Of a stretch of DNA of 64,000 bases, positions 10,558-18,874 are shown piece after piece; within the stretch, counting starts at the first letter, position 1; each line of letters starts with the position of its first letter. The position numbers and the translations under genes were made by a program. Below the pieces are notes generated by a model. The model was not told the origin of the DNA. It saw only the letters and a program-made list of their open reading frames with translations, and made no database searches. Origin of the DNA: Ignavibacteria bacterium (GTDB lineage: Bacteria; Bacteroidota; Ignavibacteria; Ch128b); the NCBI GenBank assembly GCA_016873845.1, contig VGVX01000002.1:73444-137443 (forward strand). Reading direction: 5' to 3'.

Positions 10558-12491
10558 ATGAGCAGAATAAAAAAGTTTGGGACCTTCGGCGGAGTTTTCA
10601 CACCTTCTATATTGACTATTCTGGGCGTAATAATGTATCTGCGATTGCCGTGGATAGTTGGGCAGGCAGGCTTATTCCTAACCCTCGTAATTATAGTGAT
10701 TGCCCATATTATTTCTGTAACCACTGGTTTGAGCGTCTCTTCTAGCAACTGATAAAAAAATTAAAGCCGGTGGAACGTATTACATTATAAGTCGCAGTTT
10801 GAGACTTTCAATTGGCGGAACCTTAGGTCTAGCGTTGTTTGTCGGATTATCTTTTAGTGTCAGTTTGTATTTGATCGGTTTTGCAGAAAGCTTTCTTGCA
10901 TTTTGGGGATATGAAATAAATAAAGACTCAATTCGGCTTGCGGGCAGCATTGCACTTGTTGCAGTAACAATTATTACATTCATCAGCACTTCACTTGCTA
11001 TCAGAACGCAGTATTTTATTATGGCTGCTATCGGTTTATCATTTGATTTCGATTTTTTTTGGTAGTCATCAGCTTACGCCTCAATCACCACATTTTACTC
11101 CACTCGATAGTGAAGTTCCGTTTTTGGTCCTTTTCGGAATTTTTTTCCCGGCGGTAACAGGATTCGAAGCTGGCGTATCAATGTCGGGAGATCTGCAGGA
11201 TCCAAAAAAATCAATTCCGCGAGGAACATTAACTGCAATTTTTGTTGGTTTAGCAGTTTATCTTTTTCTTCCATTCTTTTTCTCTTATACGGTAGATGCA
11301 GATTAATTAGCAAATAATCCAAAAGTCCTTTTTGAAATTTCTTTATTTCCGCCATTAGTCATTGCAGGTATTTGGGGAGCGACTTTATCTTCGGCGTTTG
11401 GAAGTATTTTGGGAGCGCCAAGAATTCTCCAAGCAGCTTCGGCTGATAAAATTACACCGAAATTTTTTTCTAAAGGGCATGGAAAAGAAAATGAACCAAG
11501 AAATGCTTTACTCTTATCATTTGTGATTGCCGAAGCAGGAATTCTGATTGGTGAACTTGATATTATTGCAAGAATTGTCTCAATGTTCTTTATAACAACT
11601 TATGGATTTTTAAATTTAAGCTGCTTCTTCGAGAGTTGGGCGAGTCCCGACTTCAGACCGGATTTTAAAGTTCCAAAAGCGGCAAGTATAATTGGTTCGG
11701 TTACTGCATTCTTTATAATGATACAGCTTGATTTTGTCGCATTCATTGGAGCGACAATAATTTTTGGATTGGTTTTTTTCTTAATAAAGAGAAGAGAATT
11801 GAAACTTGATACTGGTGACGCTTGGAATGGCGTATGGAACATGTTGGTTAAAACTGGATTGAATCGACTTAAGAAAGATAGTGAAAATCAGAGGAATTGG
11901 CTTCCGAATCTAATTCTTTTCAGCGGCAGGCAGCATGTTCGCCCGCATTTGATCGAACTTGCTAATTGGATTGCAGCGAAAAGAGGTATTATATCTAATT
12001 TTAATCTAGTTGAAAATAAAGATATTAAATCAATCAGCGCGAAATCCATTAATGAAATTTCCGATTCCGATGATTCGAAAGATTATTTCTTTAGGGAAAT
12101 TGAATGCAATGATATGTATGAGTGCATGGAAATTATCCCAAAACTTTATGGCTTCACTGGAATTGAGCCAAACACGATTCTTCTTGGCTAGGGTAAAAAG
12201 ACAAGGAGCCCTGAAAAATTTGTTCACTTGTTAAACGGGTACAACAATTCGGATTTTAATATTTTAATTCTGTCGCATAACTCCGAAAAAAATTATGGGA
12301 AGAAAACAAGGATTGATGTCTGGTGGAGAGGAACCGGAAATAACATTACTCTTATGATACATCTTATTAGATTTATTTCCTCATCAGAGGATTGGGCAAA
12401 GGCAAAAGTAAGATTTATTTTGTTAAGCAGTTTACTCCGGACCAACCTGTTTTTAGATCACTTCCTTTGTATTATAAACAGATGTTTATAG
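10558..12491 (+). pseudogene. Decayed SLC12-family cation-chloride cotransporter (NKCC/KCC-like amino acid-polyamine-organocation (APC) superfamily transporter)
   Basis: The pieces, in frames 1/2/3/3/3, collectively align to the NKCC/KCC core. Examples are [107 protein letters not shown]; IDVWW...AKVRF. The lesions are a +1 shift near 10738-10745, a shift inside the T8 run at 11053-11060, an in-frame TAA at 11304-11306 and an in-frame TAG at 12189-12191. The C-terminal domain is truncated after KVRF. Confidence 0.75.
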
Positions 12492-13479
12492 GTAAACCTG
12501 CTATCTCAGAGAATCTCTGGGTAGGACGCGAACTGGAGTTACACAAGATTCGAGAAATCGCCGATCGATTCAAAAATGGCAGTTCCGGAAATTTACTTAT
12601 ACTGGGTGAACCTAATTCCGGAAAAACTGCATTGTCACTCTATGGTGCTCAGAAAAATTTCTCTCAATCAAAAATATTTAACCTCGAAGCAATTCCGCAG
12701 GGCTCAACTTCAGTAAATCAATTAAAAATACAATTTGAGACGCAACAAAGTTAAATGGCGAACCAAACATTATTCTTGAAAATCTTCCTGTCTATTCAGT
12801 TGTGATTATTAACGATTTGGAGCTTTGGTGGGAGCGTACTGATAATGGAATTGATGTTCTCAATGTGATTTTTAATTTGATGGAAAGCTTTTCAAGAAAA
12901 ATACTTTTCATTGTTAATTGCAACGTTCACGCTTATAATTTCATAAATATGATACAACCAATCGAAAACAATTTTGTCGGGGTTATAAAGTGTGAACCAT
13001 TCAGTGCAGAAGAACTGAAAAGCATTATTATGCCTCGTCATGAATCTACGAGACTAATTGTTAAAATAAATTCAAAAGGAGAACAAAGTTTTAATAAATG
13101 GCGTGAAGTAAAAATGTTCAATAAAATATTTGAATACTCTGATGGTGTCATTGGTCCAGCACTTTACAGTTGGATTTCGAATATTTTGAAATATGGGGAA
13201 GGAGCGATTCATATTAGTTATCTAGAAATCCCACATCAAAGAATTCTCGATAACTTATCAAGTATTCAAAAAATAATTCTGCTTCAGTTTATACTTCATA
13301 ATAAATTATCGATTAATTCGATTCCAACAATAACAAGGTTGGACTCTGAGCTTATTGATGAAGAGTTAATCCCCTTAGTAAACTATTCTTTAATAGATAA
13401 GCATGGTGAAATTCTTGAGATAAGTCCGTTTCTTCTCCCTTTCATTGTAAGAGAATTTAAGCGAAAAGGATTGTTATGA
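12482..13479 (+). pseudogene. AAA+ ATPase of the PF01637 ('archaeal ATPase')/DUF234 type, interrupted by one frameshift near 12736-12754
   Basis: Frame 2 has VGRELELHKIREIADRFKNGSSGNLLILGEPNSGKTAL (Walker A). Frame 1 continues with VVIINDLELWW (Walker B-like), ILFIVNCN (sensor-1-like) and a C-terminal LVNYSLIDKHGEILEISPFLLPF (DUF234-like winged helix). This could alternatively be a sequencing error in an intact gene. Confidence 0.5.
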
Positions 13480-14201
13480 ATCTAAAATTGTACTTGGCGC
13501 TCTTTAGTTTGAATACTTTATTTGCTGCGCTTGCGGTGCCAGTAGTGTTAGTGATCATAAGATTTATGGTTAGATATTATAAGTTGATTTTCAATCAATA
13601 CAGATTTTTTATCAGATCAATCCCACTTCTTCAATTAGGTGTATTAATATTTATTACTATAAATGTTCTAATTCTGATCTTTCCCCAATCGCCGACAATA
13701 ATTTCATTTATTATGTTCGGTGTTATACTATTCGCTGTGTTATCAGGCTGGCAGTTTATCCGTGATTTTGTTTCCGGAATGTTTTTACGGATTGATAATG
13801 ATTTTGAGATTGGTTCGATGATTAAGATAGGCGAGGTTGTGGGCATTATTAAAAAGCGCGGTTATAGATCGATTGAGCTGGAAAAAGACGGGGCAGAATC
13901 AATTCAAATACCATATAGTTCACTTGCAAAGAATTTCATCTCAAGTCTTAAACTCGATCAAGAATTCTATAGGTACAGATTCAGCGTAAGAACGAAAAAA
14001 GAATCTGCAAAAAATCAACTGATTTCTATGATTAAGAAAGTTATTCTAAACTCTGTCTGGACAGCAGTAAACCGTGAACCAAAAATAATTTTCAAATCAG
14101 AAGATGATCAAGCATACGAAGTTGAGATTTCTGGCTATGTATTGCATCAAATTGGCGCGAGTGAGATCGAGAGTCTTATAAAAGAAAAATTTCAAGTTTA
14201 G
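13476..14201 (+). CDS. Small MscS-family mechanosensitive channel-like protein
   Basis: Three N-terminal TM helices, then the MscS beta-domain signature RDFVSGMFLRIDNDFEIGSMIKIGEVVGIIKKRGYRSIELEKDGAESIQIPYSSL. ATGA overlap with the upstream ATPase ORF. Confidence 0.75.
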   Translation: MNLKLYLALFSLNTLFAALAVPVVLVIIRFMVRYYKLIFNQYRFFIRSIPLLQLGVLIFITINVLILIFPQSPTIISFIMFGVILFAVLSGWQFIRDFVSGMFLRIDNDFEIGSMIKIGEVVGIIKKRGYRSIELEKDGAESIQIPYSSLAKNFISSLKLDQEFYRYRFSVRTKKESAKNQLISMIKKVILNSVWTAVNREPKIIFKSEDDQAYEVEISGYVLHQIGASEIESLIKEKFQV

Positions 14202-14280
14202 TTACCAAAAATTGTACTGAATTTTATGGAATGAGCAATTAAGTTTCCTAAGTCTTATTGAAAATGTATATGAACATTTT

Positions 14281-14314
14281 TTTGCAAAGCGAGAGGTAAA
14301 TTTTTATATTTGCA
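14281..14314 (+). promoter_or_regulatory. Candidate Bacteroidota-type sigma-A promoter (-33 TTG ... -7 TAtaTTTG) for the tRNA-Leu/tRNA-Val operon
   Basis: TTG at 14281-14283 and TATATTTG at 14307-14314, about 18 nt upstream of the tRNA-Leu 5' end. This matches the published TAnnTTTG -7 consensus of Bacteroides. Confidence 0.35.
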
Positions 14315-14331
14315 GTGCTTTTTTTGACATT

Positions 14332-14418
14332 GCCGGGGTGGCGGAATTGGTAGACGCACAGGACTTAAAATCCTGTGGGTGTTTTCACCCGTGCCGGTTC
14401 GAGTCCGGCCCTCGGTAC
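14332..14418 (+). tRNA. tRNA-Leu (anticodon UAA), class II with long variable arm
   Basis: Acceptor GCCGGGG / CCTCGGT (with G-U pairs), D-arm GGCGGAATTGGTAGACGC, anticodon loop CTTAAAA, long variable arm GGGTGTTTTCACCC, T-arm GCCGGTTCGAGTCCGGC. No encoded CCA. Confidence 0.85.
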
Positions 14419-14482
14419 TAAATGAAATTCAAATTGCAAATTTCAAAATGCAAAGTTGAGTTAAAATTGAAAATTGGATTTT

Positions 14483-14556
14483 GGGCTCTTGGCGCAGTTG
14501 GTTAGCGCGCTTCCTTGACATGGAAGAGGTCACAAGTTCGAATCTTGTAGAGCCCA
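14483..14556 (+). tRNA. tRNA-Val (anticodon GAC)
   Basis: Acceptor GGGCTCT/AGAGCCC, anticodon stem CTTCC/GGAAG with loop TTGACAT, T-arm ACAAGTTCGAATCTTGT. Confidence 0.85.
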
Positions 14557-14708
14557 CGAACAAAGATGATAAAATCGTTAAAATATGCTTCGATTTGTGC
14601 TTGTTTTACATCGTTTGATGTGATCACTTAAGGTAAATATTGAAATCCTACCTTTATTTTTCTATTTTAACAAAGTTTTAGAAGTTTTTCGAAGCTTATT
14701 TATGAAGT

Positions 14709-14730
14709 AATCGGTTTTACCGATTTTTTT
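14709..14730 (+). terminator. Terminator/attenuator-like hairpin 12 nt upstream of the thrS start codon
   Basis: AATCGG-TTTTA-CCGATT stem-loop running into TTTTTTT (14724-14730). Confidence 0.45.
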
Positions 14731-14744
14731 ATTGTTTAGTCATA

Positions 14745-16676
14745 ATGAATGATCAAAAAATAAATATCACTTTTCCGGACGGCTCTGTGAAAGAGTTTCC
14801 CAAAGGAATAACTGGTCTTGATATTGCGGCTTCAATCAGTAAAAGATTGGCAGATGAAGCACTTGCGGTCAAGATAAATGGATCAGTCCATGAAATTGGT
14901 TTTCAGATTAATGAAAGTGGAAAACTACAATTACTCACTTTTAATGATGAAGAAGGAAAAGAGGTTTATTGGCATTCGTCTTCACACTTAATGGCTCATG
15001 CAATTGAAGAGTTATTCCCTGGTGCGAAGTTTGGCGTTGGACCAGCGATCGAAAACGGATTTTATTACGACATTGATGTTGATCAAAAACTGAGTCCCGA
15101 AGACATCGAACGGATTGAGAAAAAAATGTCTGAACTTATAAAAGACTCAAAACCTTTTGTAAGGAAAGAATGCTCACTTGATGAAGCGATGGATTTATTC
15201 GGGAAGAAAGGCGATCAATATAAACTTGAATTATTAAAAGACATTAATAGTCGGGATGAGCAAGTTAGTCTCTATTCCGAGGGAAGTTTCCTTGATCTTT
15301 GCAGAGGTCCTCACTTAACTGATACAAGCAAAATTAAGTATTTCAAACTTTTAAATGTCTCGGGCTCATACTGGAAAGGCGATTCGAAAAATACTCCTCT
15401 TCAACGAGTTTATGGAATTTCATTTCCCAAGAAAAAAGATTTAGATGATTATTTAAAACTACTTGAGGAAGCAAAGAAGAGAGATCATCGAAAGCTCGGC
15501 AGAGAACTTGAATTATTTTTATTTAATGAAATATCTCCTGGTGCTCCATTCTGGCTGCCGAAGGGAATGATCATTTTTCGAGAACTAGAAAAATATTTAC
15601 GTGAAGTTTTAGACGAAGCTGGCTATCAAGAAATTTCGACTCCAATTTTAGTGAAGAAAGCTTTATGGGAACGATCAGGTCATTGGGATCACTTCAAAGA
15701 GAATATGTTCATCGTTGAAGTAGATGAAGAGACTTACAGTTTAAAACCGATGAATTGTCCCGAAAGCACAATTGTTTATAAATCTAAACTAAGAAGTTAC
15801 CGCGATCTTCCGCTTCGATTGTCCGAAATTGGAAGGTTACATCGCAACGAAGTTTCTGGAGCTTTAGGTGGGATGCTGAGAGTTCGCCAAATTACAATGG
15901 ACGATGCGCATCTTTTCGTTCGACCTGATCAAATTTTATACGAGATAGAGAAACTTTTAAAATTAGTGGATGAGTTTTACAAACTATTTGGATTCGAACC
16001 TTCATATTTTTTGTCAACCCGTCCTGAAAAGGCAATGGGTTCGTTGGGCCTATGGGATCAGGCAGAAGAATCTCTAAAGCAGGCACTTCAATTAAATGAA
16101 ATTTCGTTCAAAATTAATGTAGGAGATGGTGCATTCTACGGACCGAAGATTGACATTCAAGTAAAAGATGCAATCAACCGTTCATGGCAGACTGCAACAA
16201 TACAATTGGATTTCCAAATGCCTGAAAGATTTGACCTGGAATATATCGATGAGAATGATGACAGGAAACGACCGATCATGATTCACCGGGCGATTTTTGG
16301 AAGCTTCGAGAGATTCATTGGAATTATTACTGAACATTTTGCAGGGTATTTTCCTTTGTGGATTTCTCCGGTTCAAGTAGTAGTTATGCCGATTTCAGAG
16401 AATTTCTCCGAATATGCTACAATGATTTACGACAGATTATTTTCCAATGGTGTTCGTGTGGAGCTCGATTCACGGAATGAAAAAATCGGTTATAAAATTC
16501 GTGAATGGGAATTACAGAAAGTTCCTTACATGATCATTATCGGAGAGAAAGAAGTTTCGAGTCGAAGCATTTCTGTTCGAAAACATAAAATGGGAGACTT
16601 AGGTCAATTTCAAATAGAAGATTTTATAAACAAAATACTTGAAGAAATCACCCAAAAAACAATCACAACAAATTAA
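14745..16676 (+). CDS. thrS: Threonine--tRNA ligase
   Basis: 643 aa with TGS, editing and class II core domains (HRDLPLRL..., FQ..DDAH). Unmistakable ThrRS. Confidence 0.97.
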   Translation: MNDQKINITFPDGSVKEFPKGITGLDIAASISKRLADEALAVKINGSVHEIGFQINESGKLQLLTFNDEEGKEVYWHSSSHLMAHAIEELFPGAKFGVGPAIENGFYYDIDVDQKLSPEDIERIEKKMSELIKDSKPFVRKECSLDEAMDLFGKKGDQYKLELLKDINSRDEQVSLYSEGSFLDLCRGPHLTDTSKIKYFKLLNVSGSYWKGDSKNTPLQRVYGISFPKKKDLDDYLKLLEEAKKRDHRKLGRELELFLFNEISPGAPFWLPKGMIIFRELEKYLREVLDEAGYQEISTPILVKKALWERSGHWDHFKENMFIVEVDEETYSLKPMNCPESTIVYKSKLRSYRDLPLRLSEIGRLHRNEVSGALGGMLRVRQITMDDAHLFVRPDQILYEIEKLLKLVDEFYKLFGFEPSYFLSTRPEKAMGSLGLWDQAEESLKQALQLNEISFKINVGDGAFYGPKIDIQVKDAINRSWQTATIQLDFQMPERFDLEYIDENDDRKRPIMIHRAIFGSFERFIGIITEHFAGYFPLWISPVQVVVMPISENFSEYATMIYDRLFSNGVRVELDSRNEKIGYKIREWELQKVPYMIIIGEKEVSSRSISVRKHKMGDLGQFQIEDFINKILEEITQKTITTN

Positions 16677-16686
16677 GAGGTAATTT

Positions 16687-17238
16687 ATAAGTTCAAAAGA
16701 AAAAACCAGTGAAGCACGAGTTAACGAGCAGATTAGAATCCCTCAGATCAGAGTAATTGATAACGATGGTTCGCAAATTGGAATTATGTCACCAAGAGAG
16801 GCGATAAGAATTGCCGAACGAAAAGGATTAGATTTAGTTGAGATTGTACCAAATGCAAAACCTCCAGTTTGTAAAATAATTGATTATGGAAAGTACAGAT
16901 ACGAACAGCAAAAGAAAGAAAAAATCCAAAGGAAGAATCAACAAGTTACTACTTTAAAGGAAATCAGATTTCATCCGAATACCGACGACCATGATTTCGA
17001 ATTTAAGGCACGGCACTGCCGTCAATTCTTATTAGATGGTGATAAAGTAAAAGCTACGGTGATTTTTAAAGGCAGAGAAATGGCCTACACTGAACAGGGT
17101 GAAGTTCTACTAAATAAACTGATAGAAAAATTAAGTGATGTTTCTAAAGTCGAAAATCCTCCTAAATTGGAGGGCAGAAATATGATCGCAATTTTAGTTG
17201 CAGATAAATCAAAAATCAAAAAAGTTATTAATCAATAG
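16687..17238 (+). CDS. infC: Translation initiation factor IF-3, probably initiating at a non-canonical AUA codon
   Basis: The track ORF (16786) begins inside the conserved N-domain. In-frame upstream translation reads ISSKEKTSEARVNEQIRIPQIRVIDNDGSQIGIM, aligning with E. coli IF3 residues 1-40. There is no in-frame ATG/GTG/TTG between the TAA at 16681 and 16786. ATA at 16687 sits 8 nt after an AAGAGG RBS. Confidence 0.8.
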   Translation: MSSKEKTSEARVNEQIRIPQIRVIDNDGSQIGIMSPREAIRIAERKGLDLVEIVPNAKPPVCKIIDYGKYRYEQQKKEKIQRKNQQVTTLKEIRFHPNTDDHDFEFKARHCRQFLLDGDKVKATVIFKGREMAYTEQGEVLLNKLIEKLSDVSKVENPPKLEGRNMIAILVADKSKIKKVINQ

Positions 17239-17247
17239 GTAAATGTC

Positions 17248-17439
17248 ATGCCAAAAATGAAGAGTAATAGAGGTGCAGCAAAAACATTTAAGAAAACTGC
17301 ATCTGGAAAATTTAAAAGAGCTAAGGCATACAAGAGTCATATTTTAACTTCAAAAACTACGAAGAGAAAAAGAAAACTCAGAAAAAGCACTTTAGTTTCT
17401 GAAGCAGATCAAAAAAGAGTAAAGCAAATGTTACAATAG
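17248..17439 (+). CDS. rpmI: 50S ribosomal protein L35
   Basis: [31 protein letters not shown]. Canonical L35. Confidence 0.9.
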   Translation: MPKMKSNRGAAKTFKKTASGKFKRAKAYKSHILTSKTTKRKRKLRKSTLVSEADQKRVKQMLQ

Positions 17440-17456
17440 TTAGAAGAGGATAAAAA

Positions 17457-17804
17457 ATGCCACGATCAAAAAATAAAGTTGCTTCGCATAAACGACGGAA
17501 AAAAGTACTTGAACAGGCTAAAGGTTATTGGGGTAGAAGAAGCAAAGTATATACGATTGCAAAGAATTCAGTTGAAAAAGCACTTGTACATGCATATTCA
17601 GGCAGAAAACTTAAGAAGAGAGTTTATCGTCAGCTTTGGATCACTAGAATAAATGCTGCAGCAAGAATGCATGGAACTACTTATTCCAAGCTAATTGATG
17701 CCTTGAACAAGAAGCAAGTTTCAATCGATAGAAAACTTCTCTCGAATATCGCATACGATAATCCTGAAGCTTTCGCTGAAGTAGTTAAATTCGCATTAAA
17801 CTAA
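17457..17804 (+). CDS. rplT: 50S ribosomal protein L20
   Basis: MPRSKNKVASHKRRKKVLEQAKGYWGRRSKVY. Canonical L20. Confidence 0.95.
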   Translation: MPRSKNKVASHKRRKKVLEQAKGYWGRRSKVYTIAKNSVEKALVHAYSGRKLKKRVYRQLWITRINAAARMHGTTYSKLIDALNKKQVSIDRKLLSNIAYDNPEAFAEVVKFALN

Positions 17805-17851
17805 ATTTAATCTCCCTCTGACTTTAGGCCGAAGGGATTCTCATTTTAAAT

Positions 17852-18874
17852 ATGAATTATCTCGAACTGATTCAGAAAACAGCCGAAAACGCAAGAAATG
17901 ATTTAGGTGAAATTTGTACTCCTCAATCTGCTGAGGATTTTAGAATAAAATATCTCGGCAGAAAAGGTAAGATATCAGACCTTTTTGAAAAGATTAGTGC
18001 TGTCCCAAAAGAAATCAAATCTCAGTTTGGGCGTGAATTAAATTCATTGAAAAAAGAACTTGAAGCAAGGTACGAAGATATAATTGAGAAATTTCCCAAA
18101 TCAAAATCAACCGTTCTTGGAGAAGACTTAACCCTCCCTGGATTAAAACCAAATATCGGTTCAAAGCACATTGTCACTCAAACCTTGAATGAAATCAAAG
18201 AGATCTTCAAGAACTTCGGCTTCATTACAGCCGAGGGACCTGAAGTTGAATCTGATTATTATAATTTTTCAGCTCTAAACTTTCCCGAAGATCATCCTGC
18301 AAGAGATATGCAGGATACGTTTTTTGTGTCTAAAGATTTGCTGCTTCGGACTCACACTTCTCCAGTTCAAATTCGATACATGGAAAAACATCCTCCTCCG
18401 ATTCGTATCATTGCACCCGGTCGAGTGTTTAGAAATGAAGCTGTAAGTGCTCGGAGTCATTGCATCTTTCATCAAGTTGAAGGATTGTATGTCGACAGAA
18501 AAGTAACTTTCGCTGAACTTAAAGGGACATTATTTAATTTCGCGAAATTGTTTTATGGGAGTGATGTTTCAATTAGATTTAGACCCAGCTTTTTCCCATT
18601 TACAGAGCCTAGTGCTGAGATGGATGTAAGTTGTGTATTATGCAGAGGCAAAGGCTGTCGAGTTTGCAAATACAGCGGCTGGCTCGAAATTCTTGGTTGC
18701 GGAATGGTTGATCCTAATGTTTTCAAATCTGTGGATTATGATCCTGAAGAATTCACTGGCTACGCTTTTGGAATCGGCATTGAACGCATAGCAATGTTAA
18801 AATACGGTATAGACGATATTAGAATTTTATTTGATAATGATATTCGGTTTTTAAAACAATTTACACGAATATGA
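17852..18874 (+). CDS. pheS: Phenylalanine--tRNA ligase alpha subunit
   Basis: 340 aa. Class II motifs (FRPSFFPFTEPSAEMDV, GIGIERIAMLKYGI). Confidence 0.97.
   Translation: MNYLELIQKTAENARNDLGEICTPQSAEDFRIKYLGRKGKISDLFEKISAVPKEIKSQFGRELNSLKKELEARYEDIIEKFPKSKSTVLGEDLTLPGLKPNIGSKHIVTQTLNEIKEIFKNFGFITAEGPEVESDYYNFSALNFPEDHPARDMQDTFFVSKDLLLRTHTSPVQIRYMEKHPPPIRIIAPGRVFRNEAVSARSHCIFHQVEGLYVDRKVTFAELKGTLFNFAKLFYGSDVSIRFRPSFFPFTEPSAEMDVSCVLCRGKGCRVCKYSGWLEILGCGMVDPNVFKSVDYDPEEFTGYAFGIGIERIAMLKYGIDDIRILFDNDIRFLKQFTRI

Noticed and set aside
10539-12234. Several minus-strand ORFs (10539-10748, 10780-10989, 11095-11355, 11600-11842, 12030-12227) and the + ORF at 12010-12234
   Set aside because: All are antisense or out of frame relative to the SLC12 remnant, whose + strand pieces have clear homology. 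There is no independent coding signal.
10558-12491. Possibility that in-frame TAA/TAG in the SLC12 gene reflect stop-codon reassignment
   Set aside because: recA ends in TGA, thrS in TAA and rny in TAA. The decarboxylase and many other genes terminate normally at all three stop codons, and all the other long genes are uninterrupted. The lesions also include two frameshifts, so decay is the parsimonious explanation.
14557-14744. T-box riboswitch upstream of thrS
   Set aside because: The leader is only about 190 nt, and I could not find the T-box consensus (AATTAGGGTGGnACCGCG) or a specifier-loop arrangement. Only a simple hairpin and U-tract is present.
17805-17851. Possible terminator between rplT and pheS (CCCTCTGACTTTAGGCCGAAGGGA)
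   Set aside because: The pairing is imperfect (CCCTC versus GAAGGG with a mismatch) and there is no clean U-tract. Any hairpin is weak, so it is not called.
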